This document shows, piece after piece, positions 1 to 10,590 of a stretch of 64,000 nt of DNA; the stretch's first letter is position 1; each line of letters starts with the position of its first letter. Made by a program: the position numbers and the translations under genes. Under the pieces are notes generated by a model that was not told the origin of the DNA, searched no databases, and saw only the letters and a program-made list of their open reading frames with translations. The DNA comes from Candidatus Latescibacterota bacterium (lineage in GTDB: Bacteria > Latescibacterota > UBA2968): positions 2,880,001 through 2,944,000 of the forward strand of contig OZ242311.1 in assembly GCA_965207885.1 (NCBI GenBank). Direction: 5' to 3'.

Positions 1-2
1 CT

Positions 3-296
3 GCTGCTAAAAACCTGCCTGAGGATGTATGCGAATCGGTCGAAATTGAACTCAAATACGAAGGATATCTCGACCGACAAGAAGAGCAGGTGCAGCGCTT
101 TTACAATTTGGAAAAAAAATATATCCCCGAAAACTTTGACTATGCCGACATTGCGGCTTTGCGAAATGAAGCTATTGAAAAATTCACCCGCATCAGACCC
201 CGATCACTGGGACAGGCCTCTCGTATTCCCGGCATTTCGCCTGCTGACATTTCTCTACTTATGATCATGTTGAAAAAACGCGGTATTCCCGTATGA
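3..296 (+). CDS. mnmG: tRNA uridine-5-carboxymethylaminomethyl modification enzyme, C-terminal part (truncated by window edge)
   Basis: C-terminal motif EAIEKFTRIRPRSLGQASRIPGISPADISLL typical of MnmG/GidA. Confidence 0.93.
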   Translation, partial: AAKNLPEDVCESVEIELKYEGYLDRQEEQVQRFYNLEKKYIPENFDYADIAALRNEAIEKFTRIRPRSLGQASRIPGISPADISLLMIMLKKRGIPV

Positions 297-907
297 AACT
301 CCACTCCGAACAAATCCGCGCCATTGTATCGCTTCTATCGGACTGCTCCCCCGACATTGCGGATCGCCTGCGCCAAAAACTGTATGATCTGGGTGAAAAA
401 GCCACACGCGAAATCCACAGTGCCTGCGCCGAAGACTCACGCGCGCACAGAGAAGTCAGCCGCGTACTCAGGCAATTTAGAGAACCGTCTCTGGACATGC
501 GGTTTCGCAATCTCACACGCGACCAACACGGCGATATTGCCCTTGAAGAAGGCGTCTTTGCGCTGGCGCGATTTGGATATCCCGACCTCGATGAAAGTGC
601 TTACAAAACGCGGCTGGGATACATGGCCTTTGAACTCGCGCCCAGGATTGCCCCCGACGATCATCCCATTCGCATCATTCGCACGCTCAATCATTATCTC
701 TTTGACGAGCAAGGGTTTCACGCATCTACACACTATGATCCCGACGACACGTATTTCAATCGCGTAATCGATCGCAAGCGCGGCTGGCCTATCACTCTCT
801 CAGCCATCTATCTCATTCTTGCACAACGCCTTGAATTACCTATCTCAGGCGTCGCTTTACCCAAGCATTACATCGTCAAATACATCCACAAAGATCAACA
901 TATTTAT

Positions 908-2104
908 CATAGTACACGACAAAACCTAAATCGGGTTAAAATCTGGCGGATTAATCAGTAAACGAATGCATTTGAGGAACTGCTGGGCTTGTTGGTGTAT
1001 ATTGAGCAGGACATACTGCAAATAGTCCAACCCATATCGGAAGAGACTTTTTTCCATCCGTCCGTGGTTTTTGACCTTCAAAGGTTTTGTAAGGGCGATC
1101 CATTCGCCGATGATATGGGCCCAGGTGCAGGCAATAGCCAAAAGCGCGATGAGTTTTTCAATGCGATCTTGATGTATAAGGTGGGTCTCTTCCAGATTAA
1201 ATCCTCGACTTTTCAAATTTGCAAAAAGGACTTCAATGCCCCAACGTTTTTTATACACCTCCAATGCGACTTGACGTTGTTGGTTGCTTGCAAGAATGAG
1301 GTATTGATCCTTCAATCTTAGCGCAGACACATACACAGGTAGGTCATAAACGCGGCGAGGTCTTTGTAGGCTGACCTGCTGATGGATGTGCAAATTTTCA
1401 AAGAGTTTTTTTATGGGTATCTCTCTATCTGCCCTTGAGACAAGGGCATTTTCCTTGATGCGGATGACAAAAGGGATGTTTTGTGTGTCTAACCACGCAA
1501 ACCATTCTCTTCCAATGAATTCTCTATCTGCCAATACAACGCGGATATGAGACTTGGGAATGCGCGTAAGCACCTGTTTCATCAAATTGATACGCTCATC
1601 ACTATTGGAATTGCCTCGTTTTTTTAACAAGTGCCAACACATAGGAAAGGCGACCCCTTCATAGATAATGCCTGCGGTTAGGATGTTGATATTGAATTTG
1701 CCTAACTTCCAATTAGTGCGATCTATTGAGACTGCAAAATCGGTCTTTATAGGTAATAAGTGCAAGATCAGTCGCGTCACGGCTTCATAAGGAATGTCAA
1801 ACTCAGCGAAAAAACGCTGTATCCTGCGGTAATTTGATTGCGGTTTGACCTGTCCATTTAGCGCATTAGCCAATTTGGCGAAGTTGACCCTGCTCAGCTT
1901 GACCAAAGACAAGATGAAGGCCGCTGTGAAAGTGATGCGTGCTTTATGCCACCCAAAATGGCCTTGCAATACATGGTGAAGTTGTATAACTTGACGAGAC
2001 ATAGACCTGTGCCTTGTTGAGATGAGAAGGTTCGTTTTCACACATTCAAACCTAACTCTTTTTCACGTTTTGCACAGGTCTTTTATTTTTTGTCGTGTAC
2101 TTTA
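908..2104 (-). mobile_element. IS4-family insertion sequence, 1197 bp, 17-bp terminal inverted repeats, 9-bp target duplication
   Basis: Left end CATAGTACACGACAAAA (908-924) vs reverse complement of right end TAAAGTACACGACAAAA (2088-2104), 15/17; flanked by CATATTTAT at 899-907 and 2105-2113. Confidence 0.93.
926..2041 (-). CDS. IS4-family DDE transposase
   Basis: SIDRTNWK, LADREFIG and YKKRWGIEVLFANLKSRGFNLE (YREK-type) motifs. Confidence 0.93.
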   Translation of the reverse strand: MKTNLLISTRHRSMSRQVIQLHHVLQGHFGWHKARITFTAAFILSLVKLSRVNFAKLANALNGQVKPQSNYRRIQRFFAEFDIPYEAVTRLILHLLPIKTDFAVSIDRTNWKLGKFNINILTAGIIYEGVAFPMCWHLLKKRGNSNSDERINLMKQVLTRIPKSHIRVVLADREFIGREWFAWLDTQNIPFVIRIKENALVSRADREIPIKKLFENLHIHQQVSLQRPRRVYDLPVYVSALRLKDQYLILASNQQRQVALEVYKKRWGIEVLFANLKSRGFNLEETHLIHQDRIEKLIALLAIACTWAHIIGEWIALTKPLKVKNHGRMEKSLFRYGLDYLQYVLLNIHQQAQQFLKCIRLLINPPDFNPI

Positions 2105-2341
2105 CATATTTATATTGACCCACACAACCGCGGTCAGATTCTCACGGCAAATGAATGTGCCGATCTCATTGGTGAAAAAATCTCGGACGATCTCTTTTCT
2201 AAAGCCAGCAACTGCTTCACACTCTTTCGCATGATGAACAACCTCAGATATACATATCTAAATCTGGACGACCCAAACCGCGCAGAAAAACTCGAACATC
2301 TCATGCACATCCTGCAACCCGATATATGAGCGGAGGTGCCA

Positions 2342-2812
2342 ATGTCAGAAAGTATCAAAATTATCGCGCAAAACCGAAAAGCACGGCGCGACTACCACAT
2401 CCTCAGCACTTATGAAGCTGGCCTGCAATTGCGGGGCACAGAAGTCAAAGCCCTGCGCGAAGGACGAGCCAATTTGAAAGATGGCTACGCGCGTATTGAG
2501 GACGGGGAAGCTTATTTGCACAACACGCATATCAGCGAATATGCACAGGGCAACCAGTTTAACCACGACACCGAGCGCAAACGCAAATTGCTGCTCCACC
2601 GCCATGAAATCAATCGCCTGAGAGGATATATCAACGAAAGAGGCCATACATTAATTCCCCTCAAACTCTATTTCAAACGCGGCAAAGCCAAAGTTGAGCT
2701 CGGCGTGGCACGCGGCAAAAAACAATTTGACAAGAGGCGCGATATTGCTCGCCGAGATGCCCAGCGCGAAGTCGAACAGGCGTTGAAGACACGCACCCGC
2801 AACGGGAGGTAA
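2342..2812 (+). CDS. smpB: SsrA-binding protein
   Basis: [11 protein letters not shown]...[16 protein letters not shown]...[12 protein letters not shown]...GKKQFDKR. Confidence 0.97.
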   Translation: MSESIKIIAQNRKARRDYHILSTYEAGLQLRGTEVKALREGRANLKDGYARIEDGEAYLHNTHISEYAQGNQFNHDTERKRKLLLHRHEINRLRGYINERGHTLIPLKLYFKRGKAKVELGVARGKKQFDKRRDIARRDAQREVEQALKTRTRNGR

Positions 2813-2815
2813 ATC

Positions 2816-3670
2816 ATCACATCTCCACAAACAACAGGCATTGACCTCCCCCCCGATGACCTGGGTTACTACTACGACCCACATGTCAAAGCGGGGCTTC
2901 ACGGCGAAATCAAACTTTCTCAAAAAGTGCTCGAACACTGTCAATGCGGCGGCAAGTCGCCTTTTATGGTCCTTGATGCAAAGAGCGGCGAGCCCACCTG
3001 GTGCCCGTGTTATTCCTTTCGGATGGAGAGACTCCATGTTGACAGATACATCCGAAAATCGGGCATTCCCGCGCCCTTTCGCTTTAAGTTCTTACAGGAT
3101 TTTAAAGAGCAGTACGACAATGGTCAGCCCAACCGAGAAGCCATACTCCTCAAGTCCTATTTCAGCACTCTGGTCGATAATCTTTACGGCAACAAAGAAT
3201 CGATCAAAGGCTTCTATTTGTGGGGCGAGCCAGGCCGTGGAAAAACTTACTTTGCATATATCTTGCTCAACGAACTCATTTTTCGATTTGTAAAACCCGG
3301 CAAATTCATCTCACTATCAAAGAGCTTTCAAGAACTCAGACATACATTTGACGAAAGCAGTGACACGCATGGGCAGGCCATGCCCATGATTGAAGTATTG
3401 AGCAATGTGCCCTATCTCGTCATTGACGACTTTGGCGTGCAGCGCAATACCGAATGGGAAATGGAAATCCTCTACAACCTCATTGACGCCCGCTATGCCA
3501 ATCGACGCCTGACATTTGTGACCACAAATCAGAAAGCCGATGAATTAAAAGAACTCGCTCAGGGGCGCATCTATTCTCGCTTTCTCGAAATGTGTCATAT
3601 CATTCACGTTGACGGATACGACTTCCGAGAATTGGGCAATCCCGAAGAAAGATGGATCGGTTCGCAGTAA
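2816..3670 (+). CDS. DnaC/IstB-like AAA+ ATPase with N-terminal Cys (Zn) motifs; start uncertain (ATC 2816 or GTG 2927)
   Basis: CQC...CPC, Walker A GEPGRGKT, Walker B LVIDDFG, LIDARY...TFVTTN...[10 protein letters not shown]. Confidence 0.8.
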   Translation: MTSPQTTGIDLPPDDLGYYYDPHVKAGLHGEIKLSQKVLEHCQCGGKSPFMVLDAKSGEPTWCPCYSFRMERLHVDRYIRKSGIPAPFRFKFLQDFKEQYDNGQPNREAILLKSYFSTLVDNLYGNKESIKGFYLWGEPGRGKTYFAYILLNELIFRFVKPGKFISLSKSFQELRHTFDESSDTHGQAMPMIEVLSNVPYLVIDDFGVQRNTEWEMEILYNLIDARYANRRLTFVTTNQKADELKELAQGRIYSRFLEMCHIIHVDGYDFRELGNPEERWIGSQ

Positions 3671-3683
3671 CAAAGGAGCATTT

Positions 3684-4400
3684 ATGAGCCAGCGCATAGA
3701 TGGACGCCGCCCAGACCAATTGCGTCCCGTGAGTATTGAGCGCGGATTTATGAAACACGCCGAGGGATCGGCACTGATCAAAATGGGTGACACACACGTT
3801 ATATGCACAGCCAGTGTTGAGAACCGCGTACCCCATTTTCTCGTGGGTAAAAACACGGGCTGGATCACGGCGGAATACGCCATGTTGCCCCGTTCAACCC
3901 ATACGCGCAGCGAGCGCGAAACGCGCGGCACTAAGGGCCGAACCCAGGAAATTCAACGCCTTATTGGCCGTGCATTGCGCGCCGTGATCGACCTCAAAAA
4001 ACTCGGCGCGCGCACCCTCTGGATCGACTGCGATGTGTTACAAGCCGATGGCGGTACCCGCACAGCCTCAATTTCGGGGGCTTATGTTGCAGTCGTCGAT
4101 GCGATTAACAAGCTCAAAAATAAAGGCCGTATTACAGAAAATCCTCTTGGCGATTCCGTCGCCGCTGTCAGCGTTGGCATAATTGGCAATACGCCCATGC
4201 TCGATTTGTGTTATGCCGAAGATGCAAACGCCGAAGTGGATATGAATATCGTCATGACCGGTCAGGGCAACTTTGTCGAAGTACAGGGCACAGCCGAAGG
4301 AAAACCCTTCACTTTCGACCAGATGCAACACCTCATCGCCCTGGGCCAAAAGGGCATCTCCGAAATCACGCAACTCCAGCGTGATGTTTTAGCGCAATAG
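3684..4400 (+). CDS. rph: Ribonuclease PH
   Basis: [53 protein letters not shown]; AAGGAG RBS. Confidence 0.97.
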   Translation: MSQRIDGRRPDQLRPVSIERGFMKHAEGSALIKMGDTHVICTASVENRVPHFLVGKNTGWITAEYAMLPRSTHTRSERETRGTKGRTQEIQRLIGRALRAVIDLKKLGARTLWIDCDVLQADGGTRTASISGAYVAVVDAINKLKNKGRITENPLGDSVAAVSVGIIGNTPMLDLCYAEDANAEVDMNIVMTGQGNFVEVQGTAEGKPFTFDQMQHLIALGQKGISEITQLQRDVLAQ

Positions 4401-4411
4401 TAGCCACACCT

Positions 4412-5017
4412 ATGCCTACCCTCATACTCGCCACCCGCAATCAGGGCAAACGCAGGGAAATCCAGGACATGCTCGGCTCTGATATTCAGGTCGTATCGCT
4501 CGATGCGTTTCCCAATGCGCCCGAAGTGATCGAAGACGGCGATACCTTTGAAGCCAACGCCATCAAAAAAGCCCGTGAAATTGCAAAATACACGGGCTTA
4601 TCTGCTTTGGCCGATGACTCGGGCCTTGTGGTCGATGCCTTAAACGGCGCACCCGGCATATATTCCGCGCGCTACGCCGGAGAAGATGCTACAGATGAGG
4701 CGAATAATGCCAAACTCATCGAAAACTTGAATAGTATTCCCACAAACCAGCGCACCGCGCACTTTTGCTGCGCGATGGCACTCGCCACACCTGATGGCAG
4801 TGTACAAACCACCGAGGCTATCTGGGAGGGCCGCATTCTCACAACACCCCGGGGCGCGAATGGCTTTGGTTACGATCCGCTCTTTTTCATTCTCACCCAC
4901 AACTGCACTTCTGCCGAACTGCCTTCTGACGAAAAAAATCGCATCAGCCACCGGGGCCAGGCTCTGCGTGCTATCTTGCCCCTCATCCTCGACCTTTTCA
5001 AGGCACCTATACCATGA
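4412..5017 (+). CDS. rdgB: Non-canonical purine NTP pyrophosphatase (XTP/dITP diphosphatase)
   Basis: LATRNQGK, ADDSGL, GAPGIYSARY, GFGYDPLF, KNRISHRG; follows rph. Confidence 0.95.
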   Translation: MPTLILATRNQGKRREIQDMLGSDIQVVSLDAFPNAPEVIEDGDTFEANAIKKAREIAKYTGLSALADDSGLVVDALNGAPGIYSARYAGEDATDEANNAKLIENLNSIPTNQRTAHFCCAMALATPDGSVQTTEAIWEGRILTTPRGANGFGYDPLFFILTHNCTSAELPSDEKNRISHRGQALRAILPLILDLFKAPIP

Positions 5018-5172
5018 ATGATCCCAACATTCCCCCCCGACCCAAATGGTGGTATCAAAAACATGGGTTTGTGCTCCTCTGCGTCGCTATCTTTATTATT
5101 CTCGCAATAATTTTATTGCTCTATGTGCGCGGCATTGATCCCGTCATTGCAGAATTTTATATCTTCCAATAA
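5014..5172 (+). CDS. Small single-pass membrane protein, 52 aa (not in ORF track)
   Basis: MNDPNIPPRPKWWYQKHGFVLLCVAIFIILAIILLLYVRGIDPVIAEFYIFQ; ATGA overlap with the rdgB stop. Confidence 0.55.
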   Translation: MNDPNIPPRPKWWYQKHGFVLLCVAIFIILAIILLLYVRGIDPVIAEFYIFQ

Positions 5173-5202
5173 CTACACTCTGGAAAACATAAGGAGCAAA
5201 TA

Positions 5203-5643
5203 ATGACCGCTGAGGCAAAACCAAATGTCAAACAGGCAGTCCCGTTTTTTTCGGTATCAAACATCAAAGCATCTGTTCGCTTCTATGTCGAGGGTCTCGG
5301 ATTTGAAATGATCCATAAATGGGAACCAGATGGAAGGCTTCGCTGGTGCTGGCTCCAATGCGGGAACGCTGCGCTGATGTTGCAGGAATTCCGAAAGGAG
5401 GGACGCAATTCGTGGGTGCCCGAAGGTAAAATGGGCGAAGGCGTCTCAATTGTATTCATGTGCGAAGATGCCCTGACGGTCTATCGCAGAATCAAGAATC
5501 GCGGTATCGAGGTATCGAATCCCTTTGTCGGAAACGGAATGTGGGTTGTTTCATTGAACGACCCGGATGGATTTAGTATCTGCTTTGAGAGCGATACAGA
5601 TGTGCCAGAAGGCACTGAATTTTCAGAGGATCTAAATCGATAA
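5203..5643 (+). CDS. VOC/glyoxalase family protein
   Basis: VSNIKASVRFYVEGLGF...LNDPDGFSICF; AAGGAG RBS. Confidence 0.85.
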   Translation: MTAEAKPNVKQAVPFFSVSNIKASVRFYVEGLGFEMIHKWEPDGRLRWCWLQCGNAALMLQEFRKEGRNSWVPEGKMGEGVSIVFMCEDALTVYRRIKNRGIEVSNPFVGNGMWVVSLNDPDGFSICFESDTDVPEGTEFSEDLNR

Positions 5644-5670
5644 ATTGCTGATACAACTCAGGACACCACC

Positions 5671-5835
5671 ATGCGCTGGGACGATCCCCGACGAAATCCC
5701 TATCACGATCCAGATACCCGAACTCCGGGATGGCTGCTGTGTCTGATCGCTGTGGCCGTAGCAATAGCAGTGACGGCTCTCGGGTGGGTCGTTCTCTATT
5801 TGAGAGAAGTATTCAGTGCGCGACCACTCGGGTGA
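5671..5835 (+). CDS. Small single-pass membrane protein, 54 aa (not in ORF track)
   Basis: MRWDDPRRNPYHDPDTRTPGWLLCLIAVAVAIAVTALGWVVLYLREVFSARPLG; AGGA upstream. Confidence 0.5.
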   Translation: MRWDDPRRNPYHDPDTRTPGWLLCLIAVAVAIAVTALGWVVLYLREVFSARPLG

Positions 5836-5841
5836 ATCCTA

Positions 5842-6588
5842 TCAATACGTCGCCCTACCACCGCTGACATCATAACACTGCCCGGTCACAAAAGAGGCAT
5901 CGTCGGATGCGAGAAAGTGGACAACAGCGGCGACTTCTTCCGGTTGACCGAGGCGACCGAGGGGAATTTTGGACGTCATGTAATCGAGTTGCTCTGGCTC
6001 CACATCTGCCAACAGTGGGGTTTCGATCAGAGCTGGCGAGATGCAGTTGACGCGAATATTGTCCTCGAGATGCTCTTTTGCCAGGACCTTGGTAAAACAT
6101 ATAATACCCGCTTTAGAGACCGAATAGGGTGCCATGCTGGGATTGCCTTCTTTGCCTGCTATGGAGGCGACCGAGACTATAGCACCTTTTTTTTGATTGA
6201 GCATAGGCGCGATTACAGCGCGCGAACACAGAAAAGTCCCCTTGAGATTGATATCGAGAACCTGGTCCCAATCCCCTTCCGTGAGATCTTTGACGGGCAC
6301 ATCGCGCCCCACAATGCCCGCGTTGTTGACGAGAATATCAATACGCCCCCAGGTATTGAGACATTCATCAACGGTATTCTGCACACGCTCGGCATTTGCA
6401 ACATCGAGCGACAGAGCCAATGCATCTGCCCCGATTTCTCGAGCCGCTTCGCGTGCTTTCTCCAGATTGAGATCGGCAATCGCCACACTTGCACCGGCCT
6501 CAGCAAGGCGTATGGCAATCGCTTTTCCAATACCCTGCGCGGCACCGGTGATAATGGCCGTTCTATTGGTGAGATTTTTGGGAATCAT
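5842..6588 (-). CDS. SDR family oxidoreductase
   Basis: ITGAAQGIG, NNAG, YSVSK, VTGQCYDVSGG. Confidence 0.92.
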   Translation of the reverse strand: MIPKNLTNRTAIITGAAQGIGKAIAIRLAEAGASVAIADLNLEKAREAAREIGADALALSLDVANAERVQNTVDECLNTWGRIDILVNNAGIVGRDVPVKDLTEGDWDQVLDINLKGTFLCSRAVIAPMLNQKKGAIVSVASIAGKEGNPSMAPYSVSKAGIICFTKVLAKEHLEDNIRVNCISPALIETPLLADVEPEQLDYMTSKIPLGRLGQPEEVAAVVHFLASDDASFVTGQCYDVSGGRATY

Positions 6589-6589
6589 A

Positions 6590-7408
6590 TTATTTTGGAT
6601 CCGGGTCATCTGGTGGAACGGGATGATCTTGCGATTTTAGCTCCGTCGGCGTGCTATCAGACAAATAACCGCCATCGACATAGATGTTTTGGCCCGTGAT
6701 ATAGCGTGCATCTTCCGAAGCCAGAAAGGCGGCGACAGTTCCAATATCTCGGGTGTATCCGCGAGCACCCCAGGGGATGCGTTTGCGGTAGGCATCGATA
6801 ACTTCAGGACCAAGTGATGCGCCCATACCTTCGGATGCAATAGCACCCGGACCAATGGCGTTGACATTAATTTTGTAAGGAGCGAGTTCCACCGCAAGGG
6901 TTCGCGTGAGCATAACCACTGCGGCTTTAGAAGGCTGATAGGCAGAAGCGTCGAAATGCGCAACTTCGGCCTGTACAGACGAGATATTAATAATTTTGCC
7001 ACCTTGCTTGCGCGCTATCATGTCTTTGACAACCGCGCGACTGCAATAAAAAGGCCCATTGAGATTCACATCGAGAATGCGCTGCCACGCCTCATCTGTA
7101 ATGGCTGTGACGCCACCATCTTGAGGAATATACACACCGGCATTATTGACCAGAATATCGATGCGTCCAAAGCGATTGAGCGTCTGTTGAACCATATCCT
7201 CGACCTGACCCGAGTCAGCCACATCAGCGGGAATGACGAGGGCCTCGCAGCCGAGATCTTCGATCTGGTGTGCGGTGGTCTCGGCTGTTTCGGCAGTGAG
7301 ATCGTTAACGGCAATATGCGCGCCTGCACTACCCATTTCGAGCGCAATGGCTTTGCCAATGCCCGATCCCGCACCTGTTATAAGCGCGATTTTGTTTTCG
7401 AGTTTCAT
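6590..7408 (-). CDS. SDR family oxidoreductase
   Basis: ITGAGSGIG, NNAG, YQPSK, YITGQNIYVDGG. Confidence 0.92.
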   Translation of the reverse strand: MKLENKIALITGAGSGIGKAIALEMGSAGAHIAVNDLTAETAETTAHQIEDLGCEALVIPADVADSGQVEDMVQQTLNRFGRIDILVNNAGVYIPQDGGVTAITDEAWQRILDVNLNGPFYCSRAVVKDMIARKQGGKIINISSVQAEVAHFDASAYQPSKAAVVMLTRTLAVELAPYKINVNAIGPGAIASEGMGASLGPEVIDAYRKRIPWGARGYTRDIGTVAAFLASEDARYITGQNIYVDGGYLSDSTPTELKSQDHPVPPDDPDPK

Positions 7409-7435
7409 GAACCCCTCCCTGAAATTATGTTCAAA

Positions 7436-8530
7436 TCAAAAAAGGCCGGTTTGGACATCTTGTTGTAGATATTCGATGAGTTTGCGACTGGTGCGGGAAA
7501 AAGCATAAGCATTAAAATCGGCACGTACAACCCATGCGAGATTGTCGCAACCTATTGGACGCGCTCTACCTTTGACATAATGACACTGGAAAGTGTGCAG
7601 GGTCATACTGAAGTGTGTAAAAGCGTGTTTGACCGTGCGGTAGCGATCGTTGATTTCGACATCGATGCCCGCGGTTTCTCTTATCCCTCGCATACAGGTA
7701 TCTTGCAGAGAATCCCCCTCCCGTTGCGTTCCTGCGGGAAATTCCCAAAGCCCGCCGAGCAAGCCATTTTGCGGGCGTTGGGTAATGAGCACTTTGTCAT
7801 TGTGCCACACAATGCCCGCACACAGCGTGTGATGAGGACGCGGCTTCCTTTTTCCTTTGACGGGCAGACGCTGCGGATTGCCCACTCTGTACGCCGCACA
7901 GTATTTTTGCACAGGACACTGATCGCACACCGGATTTTTGGCGGTGCAGACCATTGCGCCGAGTTCCATAATCGCCTGATTGTAGGTGCCTGCTTCACCT
8001 TTTGGCAACAGAGCCTGGGCGAGATCCCACAGCTGATTTTTGACGCGGGTTTGCGTGACATCGTCGCCGATATCAAAGAGGCGCGTGACAACGCGAATAA
8101 CATTGCCATCGAGCACGGCATGGTCGCGATCATAAGCAATGCTCAAAACTGCGGCTGTGGTATAAGGACCAAAGCCAGGCAGGGATTTGAGTTCGTCGTA
8201 CGTATTGGGCACGGTGCCGCCAAAGTCCATAGCAATAGAATGCGCGGCTTTGTGCAAATTGCGGGCGCGAGCGTAATAGCCCAACCCTTCCCAGGCTTTG
8301 AGGACATCATCCTGTGAGGCATTGGCGAGGTCGAAAACCGTGGGAAAACTGTCGAGAAAGCGATGGTAATAGGGAATAACAGTATCGACCTGCGTTTGCT
8401 GGAGCATAAACTCAGACAGCAAGATGCGATAGGGATCGTCTGTCTGTCGCCATGGCAAATCGCGTTTGTGCTCGCGATACCAGGTCAGAAGATCGGCAGC
8501 GATCTGTGTTTTGAAATCCATGCGGGACAT
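7436..8530 (-). CDS. mutY: A/G-specific adenine glycosylase
   Basis: RDLPWR, SEFMLQQTQV, WEGLGYYARARNL, HhH LPGFGPYT, Fe-S cysteines, C-terminal NUDIX-like GLWEFP. Confidence 0.96.
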   Translation of the reverse strand: MSRMDFKTQIAADLLTWYREHKRDLPWRQTDDPYRILLSEFMLQQTQVDTVIPYYHRFLDSFPTVFDLANASQDDVLKAWEGLGYYARARNLHKAAHSIAMDFGGTVPNTYDELKSLPGFGPYTTAAVLSIAYDRDHAVLDGNVIRVVTRLFDIGDDVTQTRVKNQLWDLAQALLPKGEAGTYNQAIMELGAMVCTAKNPVCDQCPVQKYCAAYRVGNPQRLPVKGKRKPRPHHTLCAGIVWHNDKVLITQRPQNGLLGGLWEFPAGTQREGDSLQDTCMRGIRETAGIDVEINDRYRTVKHAFTHFSMTLHTFQCHYVKGRARPIGCDNLAWVVRADFNAYAFSRTSRKLIEYLQQDVQTGLF

Positions 8531-8533
8531 AAA

Positions 8534-8863
8534 TCACGATTTCTCTGCAATCTTGCGGGCGTGCTCCTGGACGATATTCTGCGGACTGGCCGCGATCAGA
8601 TTGCGAATAGACAGAATAACAAACACGATGTCATCTCCCAATCCGATATGGGGAAGAATTGCCTCTGGGATAATATCAAAAGGAGAAAGCCCGTATAAAA
8701 TGGTTAAAACGACAAACACTTTGGGCAATAAAGGTATGCGGGAATCCCATAAAAGTCGCCAGGTAAGACGCAAGTATTTTGGGAGTCGAGAGATGATTGA
8801 CAAGACACCGCGTACGCGCAAGAGACGAAATAGAAGGAGAAAAATACGCATCATGGCAATCAC
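8534..8863 (-). CDS. YkvA/DUF1232 family membrane protein
   Basis: YGLSPFDIIPE...IGLGDD motif. Confidence 0.8.
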   Translation of the reverse strand: MIAMMRIFLLLFRLLRVRGVLSIISRLPKYLRLTWRLLWDSRIPLLPKVFVVLTILYGLSPFDIIPEAILPHIGLGDDIVFVILSIRNLIAASPQNIVQEHARKIAEKS

Positions 8864-8940
8864 CAGAAAGTGGTCAGTAGCCAGTCCCCACCACCCCTAT
8901 ATAATACACCAGATAAATTGTGTCAATCGCAGCAGATAGT

Positions 8941-10587
8941 TCAGATGTTGTCAATCTGGTTTTGGATAATCTCTTGCAGGGCACTGCGCTGCACTTTGCC
9001 CGTAGAGGTCAACGGGCGGTCTTCGGGTGTGATTGGGATAATGCTCGAAGGAGCTTCATAGGTACTCAGACCCGGGATTTGGCCGCTTTGTCCGCGTCTG
9101 AGAATATCCTGGGCTGCTTCAGACTGATCAATCCCAGATCTAAAAATAGCGGCTACACAAACGTCTTCCCCCCATCGGTCATGACGAAGACCAATCACAT
9201 AAACAGCGTCGAGTTCTGGACATGCGTCGAGCAAGGCATTTTCAACGGCGATGGGTGATATATTGACACCGCCTTTGATGATGATTTCTTTTTTTCGACC
9301 GTGCATAAAATAGAAACGGTGGTTATACAGGTCGCGGAAATATCCCATGTCGCCACTGCGGAACCAGCCATTGCAAAAAACCTCGGCAGTATCTTTGGGC
9401 TGGTTGAGATAGCCATTGGCAACCACGGGACCGCGCACGAGGATTTCACCGACATCGCCTTCGTTTCGCCCACCATCAATTCTTATGTTATTATTGGCAA
9501 GCTCAACACCAATGGCATTTTGTTCCAGCACATCGCGGTACTGATCATCGGGTAAATCGGGTGGTACGCCAGTAACGCGCAAACTGACTTCGGTTGAGCC
9601 ATACCCCTGAACGAGACGGACGCCAAAGCGATCGACAAATTGGCAGGCAATATTGGGTTGAACAGGTGCCGAACCGATCATAATTTTTTTTAGTGAAGAT
9701 ATGTCATAGCCCTCGCGCTCAAAGTCATCGGCGCGGGCGAGCAGGTCGGCCATAATCGTCGGTACAATACTCGCAGATGTCGCCCGCTCCCGCGATATGA
9801 TACGCCAGAACGCCGAAACGCTGTAGCGCGAATTGAGCACAAGGCTCCCCCCCACCATGAGGCTGGTGATTGAGAACGTGGTGGAATTGATATGATGAAG
9901 TGGTAAAACGAGGTTGAGGCGTTCGCGTGCATCAAATCCGAGCCAGCGAATGATGCCATCGGCATTGGATGTGAGGCTCTGTCGGGTAATACGCGCACCT
10001 TTGGGATGGCCTGTTGTACCCGATGTGTACAGCACAATACTGGTGTGTTGTTCGCCTTCTGGATCCCCAGACCACTCGGGCTCGATATCCACTGCGTCAT
10101 ATCCATCGGCGGTGAACAACTGCTCTGTCGTCACAATCTGGATATCGGGTAATGCGCGGCGTTGAATTTCTGCATGTTCGGGCAAAACAACGAGCAACCT
10201 GGCTCCGGCATTCTGCAGTTTATAGCGCTTGCGCTCGGGAACATCTTTGGCAATATCGAGAGGAACAGAAGTTGCGCCGAGGCGAAAAAGGGCAAGGGTG
10301 AGCAGGGGGATTTCTGCACAATTGGGCAAGGCAAGACTGACGCAATCGCCACATCTTATGCCGTATTCGCGATGCATCAGACCTGCAAGAGCAGCGGTGA
10401 GGCGTTCAAATTCAGAATAGGTAATAACCGTGCGAGCATCCGTATCGCAATCGCAAAATATCAACGCGGGTTTATCTGGCTGATGTTCTGCGCGATCTTT
10501 TAAGAGATGCGTAAAGTTCCGCCACGGAAAGCGATAGATATGGGAGTTGGCATTTTTAATACAGGTGAAAATTTGAGAATCGATCAT
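8941..10587 (-). CDS. AMP-binding acyl-CoA ligase (class I adenylate-forming enzyme)
   Basis: YTSGTTGHPKG, QGYGSTE, WFRSGDMG, GRKKEIIIKGG, LTSTGKV. Confidence 0.9.
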   Translation of the reverse strand: MIDSQIFTCIKNANSHIYRFPWRNFTHLLKDRAEHQPDKPALIFCDCDTDARTVITYSEFERLTAALAGLMHREYGIRCGDCVSLALPNCAEIPLLTLALFRLGATSVPLDIAKDVPERKRYKLQNAGARLLVVLPEHAEIQRRALPDIQIVTTEQLFTADGYDAVDIEPEWSGDPEGEQHTSIVLYTSGTTGHPKGARITRQSLTSNADGIIRWLGFDARERLNLVLPLHHINSTTFSITSLMVGGSLVLNSRYSVSAFWRIISRERATSASIVPTIMADLLARADDFEREGYDISSLKKIMIGSAPVQPNIACQFVDRFGVRLVQGYGSTEVSLRVTGVPPDLPDDQYRDVLEQNAIGVELANNNIRIDGGRNEGDVGEILVRGPVVANGYLNQPKDTAEVFCNGWFRSGDMGYFRDLYNHRFYFMHGRKKEIIIKGGVNISPIAVENALLDACPELDAVYVIGLRHDRWGEDVCVAAIFRSGIDQSEAAQDILRRGQSGQIPGLSTYEAPSSIIPITPEDRPLTSTGKVQRSALQEIIQNQIDNI

Positions 10588-10590
10588 TAT

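Larger units (their letters stand above)
293..2329 (+). pseudogene. SirB1/transglutaminase-like family protein interrupted by an IS (5' part 293-907, 3' part 2114-2329)
   Basis: LNHYLFDEQGF...YFNRVIDRKRGWPITLSAIYL...ISGVALPKHY motif; removing the IS and one target-duplication copy rejoins ...KDQHIY-IDPHNRGQIL... in frame. Confidence 0.85.

Noticed and set aside
2813-2930. tmRNA gene next to smpB
   Set aside because: No tRNA-like ends; the region is an open coding frame.
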